Assembly: GCA_964270895.1 (NCBI GenBank)
Contig: OZ185441.1
Strand: one strand, 5' to 3'
Length of the DNA stretch: 64,000 bases
Origin: Podarcis filfolensis
Taxonomy: Eukaryota
Part shown: positions 51,017 through 63,315 of the stretch, in pieces
Position numbering within the stretch: the first letter of the stretch is position 1
Layout of the letters: the number at the start of each line of letters is the position of its first letter
The notes under the pieces: model-generated
Database searches by the model: none
The model's input: the letters and a program-made list of their open reading frames with translations, nothing else
Told to the model about the DNA's origin: nothing
Made by a program: the position numbers and the translations under genes

Positions 51017-52230
51017 GCATTTTTACTAGAGAACTCACATTCCCCTCTTACTCAGAGTGGCTGTTTCATTTCACATGCTCGCTCATAGTAGTCACAGAGA
51101 AATGTGCACCAGTTGTGGTGGCTGCATATTCTACTTTAGCAGCAACAGTCTCCAGTTTGGAGGAGTCATCTGTCTCAGACTTGGCATCCTACTGGTCATG
51201 ATGATTATGTACAACCAAAGACCATTGGTGGAGATCATTAAAGGGAGTGTTCTCTTTTTTGTAAGTCCTGCTTATGGGCTTCTCCTAGGCATCTGGTTAG
51301 CCACCCCAAGAACAGCTTGTGTTTTTTATCTGGTCACAGTCTTCCCCACTATGGCAAAATGTATTGTATTATGTTTCAATTATAGTAATTATTTCTAAAT
51401 TTGCATGTGCAATGTGCAATTTTTATGCAAATCTATATCGTCTTTTGTCCTCTTTTGGAGATTCAGTTCTTGGTTTTTGACAATGTGTGGCTATCCTAAC
51501 ACCAAGGCATAATTGCCTCCCGTCTTCTCTCCCAATGTTCATTTTATTACTGGAAATTGATCTATTAGAAGTATGTATTTAATTGCACCATTTTGGATTA
51601 AATAAAATGGAGGTTGCCTTTTTTATTTTTTAAAAAGAGAGCTACAAACATTAAAGGATTCCCCTTCCACTCCAAGTCCCTAATGAATTACTTAGTGACC
51701 CATTCAACTGCTAACAAACACAATATTCTACTGTGAAAGTGAGGAAAGAAGCTGTCTAGAAAATTGCCTGTTGTTTTTATTATTGTAAGAACTGGCCCAC
51801 TAAACTTAGCACAGACTCAGAGGTCTCTGTGAGAATCCCGTGATTAATGAGTTAGCCATTAATGTCAGTAGATTGAACAACTAAAATCTGATTATATTAA
51901 AGTGCTTCCCAAACATTAGGGTCACATTAACAGTTTATTGAAACAAGCTGATAAAATTTTAAATGGTCATCTAATTCCCCAGGGCTCCTAATTGTTGCAT
52001 GATAAATCACTCTGTAGAGAAATCTATTACATTGTTCCAAATGAGAAAATGCAATTTACTGTACCATTAGTGGGGTGGCCAAAGCATTTCTGTTCTTTGC
52101 TGGGAGATTTTAACCAGAAGATGACAAAGATTCCATGTGTGTGCTTGCTGCACGAAATATCCTCAGGGTATCAGACATGATAGTAAATTCATATTTCCTA
52201 ACGAGATCTATCCATGTAAAGTATATTTTA

Positions 52231-52562
52231 TTATTTGTACCCTGCCCATCTCACTGGGTTGCCCCAGCCACTCTGGGTAACTTCCAACAAATATAAAAGC
52301 ATAATAAAACACCAAACATTAAAAACTTCCCTATACAGGGCTGCCTTTAGATGTTTTCTAAAAGTCAGATGGTTGTTTATTTCCTTGACATCTGATGGGA
52401 GGGCATTCCACAGGGCGGGTGCAACTACTGAGAAGGCCCTCTGCCTGGTTCCCTGTAACCTCACTTCTCACAGTGAGAAAACCACCAGAAGGCCCTCAGA
52501 GCTGGACCTCAGTGTCTGGGCTGAACAACGGGGGTGGAGACACTCCTTCAGGTATATAGGGT
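52231..52562 (-). mobile_element. L2-clade LINE 3' end
   Basis: ORF RQRAFSVVAPALWNALPSDVKEINNHLTFRKHLKAAL; same family as the copy at 2593. Confidence 0.88.
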
Positions 52563-53577
52563 ATTAAGTGTTCAGTTTCAAAAATGTAAGCAAATTAATC
52601 TATTTTTTCCTCCCACTCCCACAAGGCTATACATTCACGCTGCTTTACTGGACAGGATGTAGTTCAAAATGAAATACAATGAAAAGTGTATGGCGGTGGG
52701 GGGGTAGTTCCACATATCAAAATGACTGTCGGAAGTGCAAAACTGAGATTACTTCTGTGTCAGCCAGGTAATTTAAAATATCAGTTTTATGTTCAATCTA
52801 TATTTAATTTTGCTTAATGTTAGGAAATAGCTTGGAAATTGTATTGGCTGTCTTTTCAGAGGGTGCAAACTGACACCCTAAATGTATCAGGGAAAGAAAA
52901 TTCCCTTTCCTGTTGAAGATGACTAAAACCGAAGCTTTTTTTAAAATTTAATTGATAGCCGAAGTAAGTACCATTTGACAGCATCCTCCAAGCATCTTTT
53001 AAAATGTCACTGATGGCATAAATATCACAATAACATTTAATTAATGTTAAGCTGGCACATACCCAGGAAAAATACCATAAATGCTGACATTCCCACACGT
53101 TTAGTATGGGAAATAAAGCAGCAACTTAAATTAAGGTAAGAGCCATTTCATTAGTATCAAGATTTTCTTGTTCAGACTGCTACAGGGTTGGAGAAGCTGT
53201 GTGCCTTCAGATGTTGCTCAACTGCATTCCTGTCACCTTATTCACACTTCCTGCTGCTTTCTCCCGGGGAAAACTACTCTTTAGTGTCCAATCAGAGCAA
53301 AGAGCAATTTGGGTTTTTCCTGGATTTCCCATTGTTCTGATCTATCACTAAAGATTGGGGTTTCCCTTGGAAAGGAGCAGGGCTGGGGGGAAACCACCCT
53401 GACCCACGCTTTCTAGGCACAGCACAAGGACAAGTTTGACAAGGTCTGAGAATTGGCAGTGCAGGTTGGGGCTGCTGGGAGTTGGAGTCGGTCAACGCCT
53501 GGAGGGCCACAGGTTCCCCATCCCTGGACCACATTATACAAGCTCATCTATGTAAAAAGCTACTGAAGAAGAAATAT

Positions 53578-54070
53578 TGAAACTGAAATTGAAATACTTT
53601 ATTGTCACTTGTACAACTTGTATACAGTGAGATTACATAAGCACCCCCCACTCAGCTCTCTTAGTCTTAACTCCCTTCGTTTACTGACGCACACGCACCA
53701 AACCCGAAAGTGAGTTGCCCTGTTGTTATCTTTTAATTCAGCAGCCTAACAGACCACGGATAGAAGCTGTTCTTTACCCTGTTGGTGTGACTAATCATGC
53801 TTCTATATCTTCTGCCCGAGGGCAGGAGATCATGAAAGTGCCGGCAAGGGTGTGAATCATCCCTGAGAATTTTCCTCACTCTCCTGAGGCAACGTTCTTC
53901 TGCTATTTCATCCAGCAGATTCACAGGACAGCCCATAATATCTTGTGCTGTAGTCACCACCCTCTGTAGGCACTTCCTATCAGATGATGTCAAACCAGTG
54001 TATCACGCCGTGATGCAGTATGAAAGGACACTTTCTGTTGTTGACTGGTAGAAGGAGATCACCAAATGTT
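53578..54070 (-). mobile_element. Rex1/Babar LINE 3' end
   Basis: ORF end ...DRKCLQRVVTTAQDIMG...RCLRRVRKILRDDSHP...LLPSGRRYRS...TNRVKNSFYPWSVRLLN*, diagnostic of Rex1/Babar; aataaagtatttcaatttca tail. Confidence 0.85.
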
Positions 54071-55015
54071 GATTGAAACTTGTATGTGAGCACAATCTTG
54101 CTGAAACAAGGCACATTTGTTACAAAAGGAATTTCACATAAGAGGGGAAATGGAAGCAACCGGGGGAGGAAAATATCCACGCAAAATATCCACAGAGTTT
54201 TAAAGGGTTTTGAGGTGAGAATAATTGAACACATGCCCTACTGGTGTTACGGGTTTGCCTAGTATAAGGTGCAGGAGATCTCAAAGCAGGGGTCCCAGCA
54301 GCCATGTTTTGACATAGTCACTCCTGTGCCACCAGACTTGAGCCTGACCACTGTTTCCCAATGGTTTTTGCCTGGGTTGTAACACATTCCTGGCCACCTG
54401 TGTGAGGCACAAGGACCATTCCTGGTCTACCAGGCCCTAGAACAGATTTAAAGTGTGCACGGTGGAAGGGGCTAAAGTTACATTGTGCAAGCAAATTCTT
54501 GTGCTAACGGAACAAGTTACTTAATGCTACACTGGATACAAGCCAGGCTGATTTGAACTATGAACATAATCCAGTTGGAAGGACACGTAGGCTTGCACAA
54601 AAGGATTCCCATCTCCCCTCGGTCGATTGTGCCAGTGAATTGTACCCTATGGTAATGTGTAAATTCTGGGTGGGGTAACCATTTGGATTTTTCACTGCAG
54701 ACACTGGCATATCTTGGGCCAGTCCTGGGTGTCAGCAATGCCAGGCCAAGTGCAGCACATGATAAATGGATACCAATAAAAACCACACTTCCGTAATGTT
54801 TTGTTTTCTCTGAATATTTATTCCAAATCCTACAGATTCATGGTGCTTTTAATACTATTGTCACCCCTGAAATAAATCACTGTGTGTACTTCCTGTGATC
54901 TTTTCAGAAGGCAATAAAACAGATTGTTTTTAATGGCTGTTCCAGCAATGAAAAATATCTGTGTTAGGTGGAAACAACAAATTGGATGCTTTTTCAATTC
55001 CTTTTAATGGCGCGA

Positions 55016-55147
55016 NNNNNNNNNNNNNNNNNNNNNNNNNNNNNNNNNNNNNNNNNNNNNNNNNNNNNNNNNNNNNNNNNNNNNNNNNNNNNNNNNNNNN
55101 NNNNNNNNNNNNNNNNNNNNNNNNNNNNNNNNNNNNNNNNNNNNNNN
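55016..55147. other. Assembly gap (132 N)
   Basis: Run of N. Confidence 1.
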
Positions 55148-56230
55148 ATTCTGTGAAGAATAAACCCTCCGGGGCTTTGTAGCTAAATGGCACGGACACC
55201 TCCGATGAGACATGTAGATGAAGACATGTCAATAGACTCTTCACCAATTTGCTGTAATAGGAGGGACTGATTAATTTTGTAACCACAACCGTTTCTATTA
55301 CATAACCTAAGGAATGATTTAGACTTTATCAAGGAAGCCATTCCTGCTTTTTTTTAAAGAGACTCCTGCCCAGAGTTATTTCTTTCCGAAGTTGATAGAT
55401 TTTTCTCCGAAGAACCTCAGGTTTCGTTATCAAAGGATTTTGGAGCCTCACTCCATTTGCAAGCAAGTAGCATTGCAGCCCAAACTCTTTGTGACTTTTA
55501 GGAACTCAGGCACACTTTGGTTAACTTGACATTCTGGCTTTTTTTCTTTTTTCTTTTTTAAAGTAGCTTCATATCTTCTTGCAGTGGAGAAGCCATTTCT
55601 TATATACATTTTTAATGTCCGAAAAAGGAAATTGAAGCAACTAAATCAAAAGTATATAGCTGTATATTTTTATCTCTTCTCCTCCTCCCCCTCCCTTCCC
55701 CAGGCTATGAAACCGCTTTTAATATTTTATTATAATTGCCCGTGGACATCTAACATCATTTGGTTACACATAATCAACTAATGCTTTATGTTTCAGGACT
55801 GGATTTAATAAAACATGAATTACCCCGTGTGATTGGGGCAAAGCATGCTGAGGTTTCTCTGCATTGTTTTTATACTTGGAGCCAGGCTGCATTTCATATG
55901 CAAAACTCCAAACTAAAAGTGGCATTGTTTCCTTTTGTGGTGGAGCTTAAGACAGCAGCCATTTCTTCAGGGTGTGCAGCTTACACAAACAGAGGGAGTC
56001 GGACGACACAACTGCCAATTTCTGTACTCATAACAATACACTCTGCATTGGAGCACCATCCTGTGTATATTCATTTCTTGGGGGTTGTGTTGTGTGGGAG
56101 TGTATCTTACACCTAGCACACACACAAAAAGGAATCTTTACTTATGGCCTGTCCCAGTCTCTGCATACTGGTTTTTCAAGTGGTCTCCTCTGGGTTGAGA
56201 TAAAACATAGAAAAGATGTGTACAGGTTAT

Positions 56231-56550
56231 CAAGGGCGTAAGAAGTGGGGGGCGGAGGGGGCGGTTCACCCCGGGTGCCACTCTGGGGGACGACAGGATG
56301 GCCCCTGCCTCCCCCCAGCTTTAGAGCGGCCAAGGGCACGCACAGTCCGTATGGGCGCCGCTCACTCGGCGTCCGTACGGGCTGCTGCTCTCACGCGCTG
56401 TCCATACAGGCATCTGTACAAGCGGCCTCTTGCACAGCGACCATATGGGCTGCCGCGCACTCCATAAAAAAAGGTCGAAAACTCTGGGCAATCTGGGGTG
56501 GGTGTGTGCCAGGCGGATCTTTGCACCCTGGTGCCGCATAGGCCTTGCAG
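56231..56550. mobile_element. GC-rich hAT-like MITE, diverged
   Basis: CA(A)GGGCGTA start and GC/CpG-rich interior resembling the element at 56961; ends uncertain, no target duplication found. Confidence 0.4.
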
Positions 56551-56960
56551 CAAGAGCACTGGATTGGCTCTGCTGCTGCAACTGAACCAATATCCTTGAT
56601 ACGTCATCCAAGGCCTGCTGCTTCCCAGCAAAACACAGCAAAACATATGCTGAGATACCAGCACTGTAGCTCCAACCTCCTGGGTGAGCATCTTCTGTCA
56701 AAGGGAAATCTAGTCCCACACTCCGTTCTCACAGTGGGAAACCCATAAAGCAGGGCATGACACTTCAGCCTAGACGAGACAATGATAGTCAAAGTAGTAT
56801 GTGGAACAAGTATATCGCCGAGGAAATACAAGATGTATCTCAACAACTGTCGTAGAGCTCAGTCAAAATTTATCAGTAGACATTTCTTTGAGGAAATTTC
56901 CGGGGGGTTTCTTTTTCTCTGTCCTCTAGAAAAAGGCCACGTAGCAGAATTTTCACTGAA

Positions 56961-57107
56961 CAGTGGCGTAGCGTGGGTTGTCAGCACCCGGGGCAAGGCA
57001 AGTAATTTGCGCCCCCTAACCCGTGGATTTGCGCCCCCTAACCCTAACCCCCAGGTGTTACGCCCGGTGCGGCCGGGCCCCCCTGCACCCCCCACGCTAC
57101 GCCACTG
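56961..57107. mobile_element. Young hAT MITE
   Basis: Perfect 17-bp TIRs CAGTGGCGTAGCGTGGG / CCCACGCTACGCCACTG and a perfect 8-bp duplication tcactgaa. Confidence 0.93.
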
Positions 57108-58427
57108 TCACTGAATATTCCACACCACAATTATTATTTTTCTTGGTGGCTGCCATCTTCCCTCCACAATGCCCTGAAATGATGTTAGCTCCAGGACATT
57201 GTGGGGTCTGCAAAATGGCGGCTGGGCTGCCAACACAGCTGCTTCAGAAAAACCAAAAGGATTAAGGATTAAGGAAGATGCTGCTACTTCTAAAATCATC
57301 AATGTAGGTGGCCATCAGTAAGGGAGAGAGTTCCATACTTTAGCTATGTGCCATGTGGAGAAATACTTTCATTCATCTGTTCTGAATCTTCCAACATCCA
57401 GCTTCACTGCAGTTTCCCAAGTTCAAGGACTTTTTGAGGAAGAAAAACTTTTCTCTATCCAATTTCTCCACACCATACACAATTTCATAGATCTCTATCA
57501 TGTCCTATGGCCTCTCAGAATTTAACACGCTATTTGTGGGAAGAGAAATTGGAGGAAGCCAAATTTCTCCGAATTTCTCTAGGGGAAAGAGAAATTCTTC
57601 AATCGTTTCTTGGTTATGGGCTCACAATTAGCTGCAAAAGGATGACTTCATTGCATACAACCCATTATCACTACTCAAGGTACTTCATATAACATTCTAT
57701 AAAGTTTTGAAATTGGAAAGACTTGCCAAAATCTGCCCTTTAAATCATTAAATTCTGCAAGGTACTTCTGTTTGGTCTGACTTTAAGTGGCTAGATTTAA
57801 TTTGGTATGGAGTAACTTAAGAAATGATATCTGTCATATTTTAGTCATTTGCAATATGATCCCTCCTTTTCGCATTCACAGCTCATCAAATCCTCCATCT
57901 AAAATTAGATTTTCTGATGCTCAAATATTCATTTCGTATGAAATATTCATGCAGTGGGGAGGAGAGAAAAGGGACAAATTATCTTGTACTAAATCCAAAT
58001 TGATAAACAGGCATTTCTAATGAAGTGTGTATTATATATCTATGTAATACATGAATAACAATTCATATTCACTGGTGTACTTATATAATTCATATACATG
58101 CCCAAGAATTCTATGTGGATTCAAAAATATTTTATTTTATTTAATTAGTTAAGTTTTATATATCGCTTAATTGTGTGTGGGGGGGAACCTCTAAGTGGTT
58201 TACATAAGTCAATATAGAATATTAATTAAAATACTGATAAAATCAAAAGCTAAAAATAAATTGGCATAAAGTGCACAACCCAGTTATTTAAGCAGTAAAA
58301 ATTTCCAATGTTCTAGCACTTATCAGGGTCCACTTTCCTTTGGAATGAGGTCGCCATACGCTTTTTGCTATTTTGCAATATATGTATGTATTTACAAATC
58401 CACTGGAAGGCATTTGCTCACTGGAAT

Positions 58428-58703
58428 TGCTCACTGGAAGGACAGATCGTGAAGCTAGGCTCCAATACTTTGGCCACCTCATGAGAAGAGAAGACTCCCT
58501 GGAAAAGACCCTGATGTTGGAAAGATTGAGGGCACAAGGAGAAGGGGACAACAGAGGACGAGATGGTTGGACGGTGTTCTCGAAGTTACCAGCATGAGTC
58601 TGACCAAACAGCGGGTGGCAGTGGAAGACAGGAGTGCCTGGCGTGCTCTGGTCCATGGGGTCATGAAGAGTCGGACACGACTAAACGACTAAACAACAAC
58701 AAC
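58428..58703 (+). mobile_element. Bov-B LINE 3' end
   Basis: RLQYFGHLMRREDSLEKTLML...; gaagagtcggacacgactaaacgactaaacaacaacaac tail. Confidence 0.92.
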
Positions 58704-59448
58704 ATTATAATTATTATAAAGCACCCTGTGACCCTCAGATGAAGGGCAGTATAGAAAATAAATAAATAAACACATGCAAATCTTCCAGAGCTCCAAATTA
58801 GCTCTCTGACCCTCAGACTCAGCTACATTAGTAAAAAAAACCAGTGTTTTGAATGTGTTATAAACATCCGACACCAGATGGCAATGAAGAGCAAAAAAAA
58901 TTTATGCGATTTTCCATAGTGTTTTTTCCTTTTATTATGATGATTTAACCTCTGACTTATTTATAGTGTTTTTTATCCCCTGAGTGTGGAACTGCCCATC
59001 TAAGCATTTACACAGATACCATGAGGACACTCCCAGCCCAGGGAGCCAGGAGAACACAGCAGAAGAAAGGCATAGCTGCTTCCAGAATAGTTACTAGCCA
59101 TTGTTAAAGCCAGCTGATTTTAACAAGGGAAGGGTTACAAAGCAACTTTTGTCAAGAGTAAATTTTTACATTTGGTTAGGCAAGAAGGAGTAAAAACTAT
59201 GCTGAAAACTGGAGCTGGTTTGTAATACTGGAGCATATACATAGAGTAATCCAATGAAAACATTGTTTTGGATGGTGTTCCCTGCACATAAAGAACTACA
59301 ATGCAAAAGAGAATGATTCTAGGTTAGCCATCTCCTTTACCTCTTTCATTCCTTTGGCTGCAACAGAGTTGCTGCAGTACGATTGCAGATAGGAACAAGG
59401 CCTGGGCAGCATGCAAAACTGGTGCTCAAAGATTTGCACTGGTTGTCA

Positions 59449-59960
59449 TTCTTCTTCTTCTTCTTCTTCTTCTTCTTCTTCTTCTTCTTCTTCTTCTTCT
59501 GCGATCACTCATAACCAAGTAAGATTGTCTTCCATAAACACGGTTTTAAAAGTGAGTCTGTAAGTGACTGTGGAGGCCAATTCTGGATCCACACATCCTT
59601 CCACAGTGGGGACGTTGGTTTCCGGGAGGGAGTTGATCATGGTGAGGGTTTGCCAAGTGTGCCTTCCTCTTACCACGTTTCTCCCTTTCGTCCTCAGTTT
59701 GAGCATCTTCAAAGTCCATGACACCTTTGGTAAAGGCTGTTCTCCAATTGGAGCGCTCACAGGCGAGTGTTTCCCAGTTGTCAGTGTTTATACTATGTTT
59801 TTTAGATTTGCCTTGAGAAAATCTTTGAAACTCTTTTGTTGACCACCAGCATTACGCTTTCCATTTTTAAGTTCGGAATAGAGTAGTTGATTTGGAAGAC
59901 GATAATCAGGCATTTGCACAACATGACCAGTCCAACGAAGCTGATGTTGAAGAAGCATTG
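59449..59960 (-). mobile_element. RTE-clade LINE 3' end (not Bov-B) with (GAA)n tail
   Basis: Minus strand QLRWTGHVVQMPDYRLPNQLLYSELKNGKRNAGGQQK, then a frameshifted C-terminal CPHC..C...GLHSH zinc-finger-like region; the (TTC)n run at 59449-59499 is the tail. Confidence 0.85.
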
Positions 59961-61962
59961 CTTCAACACTACTGCTAGGCCAAGTTCAAAGAGGTACTAT
60001 TAATATTTAAAGCCCTTAACAACTTGGGACCAGTTTACCTACAAGATGGCCTTTTCCTATATATGCTCACATGCCTGCTTTGATCAGAAGAATTGGCCCT
60101 GTTACAGGCACAACCGAATGCCCATTCTGCATTTGAACTTGATCTTGCATTGGTTTAACACTCAATCTGTCTCTACAGGGAACTCTGGGAATTGTAGCAC
60201 CATGAAGGGAATAGGTGTATCCTAGCAACTCTCAGCACCCTTAACAAACTACAGCTCCCAGATTTCTTTGTGGGGAGCAATTACTGTTTAAGGTGGTATC
60301 ATAAAGGTATGGTATGAATCTGCCTGCAGATCAGAAATATTCCATATAATGATGTTTAAAAAATTATAATCTTTGGATTTCCTACCACCACCCCTCCCAA
60401 GTTAGTTTGATTTCTGTACTCCTTTTGCAAACCCAAAATCCACACTCTAATTCCGAATTTTGAAATATTTGGAGTATTTGTTTTCAAGCAGTCTGGAAAA
60501 CTTGCTGAAGTCTATGGAACGGTTCCCATGGACTTTGGTGAGGCTTGGCCCATCTCCATGCTGAGCTCTGAATACACGAGAAAACTCTTGTGGTTACTTA
60601 AATAGTATTTTATAGGACCTATTTTAAGCCCTAATAAAAAGTCAATGAAAAATTAAACTGAGAAGTACACTGTGGCTATGCCAGGATATGATAAAGAACA
60701 AATAAAATATATATCTTGTTAAAAATGTGCAAGGTTTCTAATGATACACGTTTTCTTAAGGCATGGCAGGCCAGCAAAAAGCTATTTAGTATGTAACATG
60801 CTTTAATAAAAATAACATGTCTGGCAAGGTCTAAAAGCTTTTGCAGCTGCATGGGGCACTTCTTAGAAATAAAGTTTGTGTTTACACAGGTGCAGCCATA
60901 TTTAACAAAAAAAATTATACGCAATGAAAACAGCTGCCTGTCTGTTTTCTTTGGCAAGACTCATTCCAACTGAAACAATTTGTATCAAACATCTCTCTCT
61001 CGCTCTCTCTCTCTCGCTCTCTCTGATACCAATATAAACAATACCCCCCACCCCCCCAAAAAAAATCCCTTTTACAGGGTAGAGGTTCCTCCTCATAATT
61101 TGTCCGTTAGATAAACTACCAAGCTGAGGTAGCTTGAACTGAAATCCACTGGGGGAGAAAAAGCCTTCATTTTTCAGGATCTGCCAAGGAAATATCAAGA
61201 ATGCACTGTGAAAACACACACACAAAAAAAATTATCCTGTTGTAGTCACTGCAAAGGATATTAAAGTGGCCCAGGAAGACTGGTAAACTGAATATTTTTG
61301 CCCTTAGTGATGGTATGGCATATTACTTCAGTTTCAGAATGGGTTGGGTGGGTGTTTATCCAAAATGTAAAAACACTGAGTCAACTCTCCATTTCTGACT
61401 ACAGCATAAACGCTGTGTTAATATTTTTCATGCTCTTTTCCTATGATGTTCTAGATAAATAAAAACAGCCAAGATTTTCACTGTCCTAATAACCTGGAGC
61501 CCCCTTTTCACTTTTCTGCAAGTATTTACATTTAGAATGAGTCTCCTAGCTCCAGTTTTGTTACAGTTAAGTACAAGGCTGGTCTGGAGTATGCCAAATC
61601 ACTGCAGGAAATGTGTGTGTGTGTGTGTGTGTTTGGAAAAGGAAAGAAAATGATTCTCTACTCCCATACCCATGAAAGGAAGAAATCTTAAGATATATAT
61701 TGCTAATACATGATTTAATCCAAACGCCCTTCACATTTATAAAAAAAGAAACACATACATATTGGTCCTTGCAGATGCTGCACAAGACTGAAGCAAACAG
61801 GCAAGTGAAACAGAAGAGAAATCTCATAAAACAGTGACTTTACATATTTAATGTATATGTGTAAATAGTTAAGGACAGCCTCATTTTACTATGATGCTCA
61901 TTACCAGTTGTACATAATCTACTAAAATAAAGAGAGATTAATGTCCATATATGCTGTCATTT

Positions 61963-62312
61963 GGGACACGGGTGGCGCTGTGGGTTAAACCACAGAGCCT
62001 AGGACTTTCCGATCAGAAGCCCGGCGGTTTGAATCCCCGTGACGGGGTGAGCTCCCATTGCTCAGTCCCTGCTCCTGCCAACCTAGCAGTTCGAAAGCAC
62101 GTCAAAGTGCAAGTAGATAAATAGGTACCACTCCGGCGGGAAGGTAAACAGCGTTTCCGTGCGCTGCTCTGGTTCGCCAGAAGCGACTTAGTCCTGCTGG
62201 CCACATGACCCGGAAGCTGTACGCCGGCTCCTTCGGCCAATAAAGCGAGATGAGCACCGCAACCCCAGAGTCGGTCACGACTGGACCTAATGGCCAGGGG
62301 TCCCTTTACCTT
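61963..62312 (+). mobile_element. Sauria SINE, full length
   Basis: Perfect 13-bp target duplication tatgctgtcattt (61950-61962 / 62313-62325). Confidence 0.95.
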
Positions 62313-62761
62313 TATGCTGTCATTTATCTTGCTCACCCTTAAATTTGTTATTGTGGTCTATCCCCAAAATGCCAACTCCAACACTTTAAAACCAACACTA
62401 AAAATTGCTCCAGAATTCAGAAAATCCTAAGTACACCCTAAGTAAGGAGGACAAGTGTTCAGGTACAGGTCGGCTTCCTAGATGGAGTCTCAGAAATGTA
62501 TGCAAGGGCTGGAGAGTGCCATTAAGTAGGAATTTGACTTCCAGACCAAAGCTACCGGCATGCCACAATGGCTGATGAATCTGGGCTTGGTGCTGTCGTT
62601 TCTGAGAGCACTGAGAATCTATGTGAGCGGTGGATTTAATCGAGGTGCCTGCTATGCCTCTCCCAATAAGTGATCAGAGCTGCCAGAGACTGCAACAGTA
62701 TTCATATTGTAAGTTTGAGGGGATGGAACCTCCCCAAACCCAATAAATCAGTTAATGTCAG

Positions 62762-63315
62762 CAGGGCCGGATTTAGGTTTGATGAGGCCCTAAGCTACTG
62801 AAAGTAATGGGCCCTTTATATGTCCAACTGTCCTTTGTCAACAACAAATTGTTGCTTTTTTGTGTTGAATATATGCTATGTGGTAATTGATGGACCTAAT
62901 AGGTATCTAAAGCCATTTGCACATAACAAAATATGTATTTTATCAAAAGTAATTGTTGAACTGAAATTAAGAAGAAGTATATTACAGTGGTACCTCTACT
63001 TACGAACGTGATCCGTTTTGAGGTGCAGTTCACACCCCGAAAAGTATGTAAGGAGAGTGCCGCTACTGTGCATGCGCGAAGCGCGATAGAGTGCTTCCGC
63101 GCATGTGTGAAGTGCGCAGATCACTTCTGCGCATGCGTGCACGGTGAACCCAGAAGTAAATACTTCTGGGTTTGCCGTGTTCATAACCTGAAAAGCCGCA
63201 ACGTGAAGCAAATGTAACACAAGGTATGACTGTAATAGTGAAATTTTCTGGGGGCCCACAAGAGAGTGGGGCCCTAAGCTATAGCTTGTTTAGCTTATAC
63301 ATAAATCCAGCACCG
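62762..63315. mobile_element. hAT MITE containing a nested Tigger-like MITE (62985-63232)
   Basis: Host ends CAGGGCCGGATTTA / TAAATCCAGCACCG with 8-bp duplication aatgtca(g/a); insert CAGTGGTACCTC...AAGGTATGACTG flanked by TA. Confidence 0.8.

Noticed and set aside
55016-55147. ORFs spanning the N run
   Set aside because: Artefacts of the assembly gap.
56142-57114. Cluster of 80-132 aa ORFs
   Set aside because: Mostly produced by GC-rich MITE sequence; no domain or start-site context.
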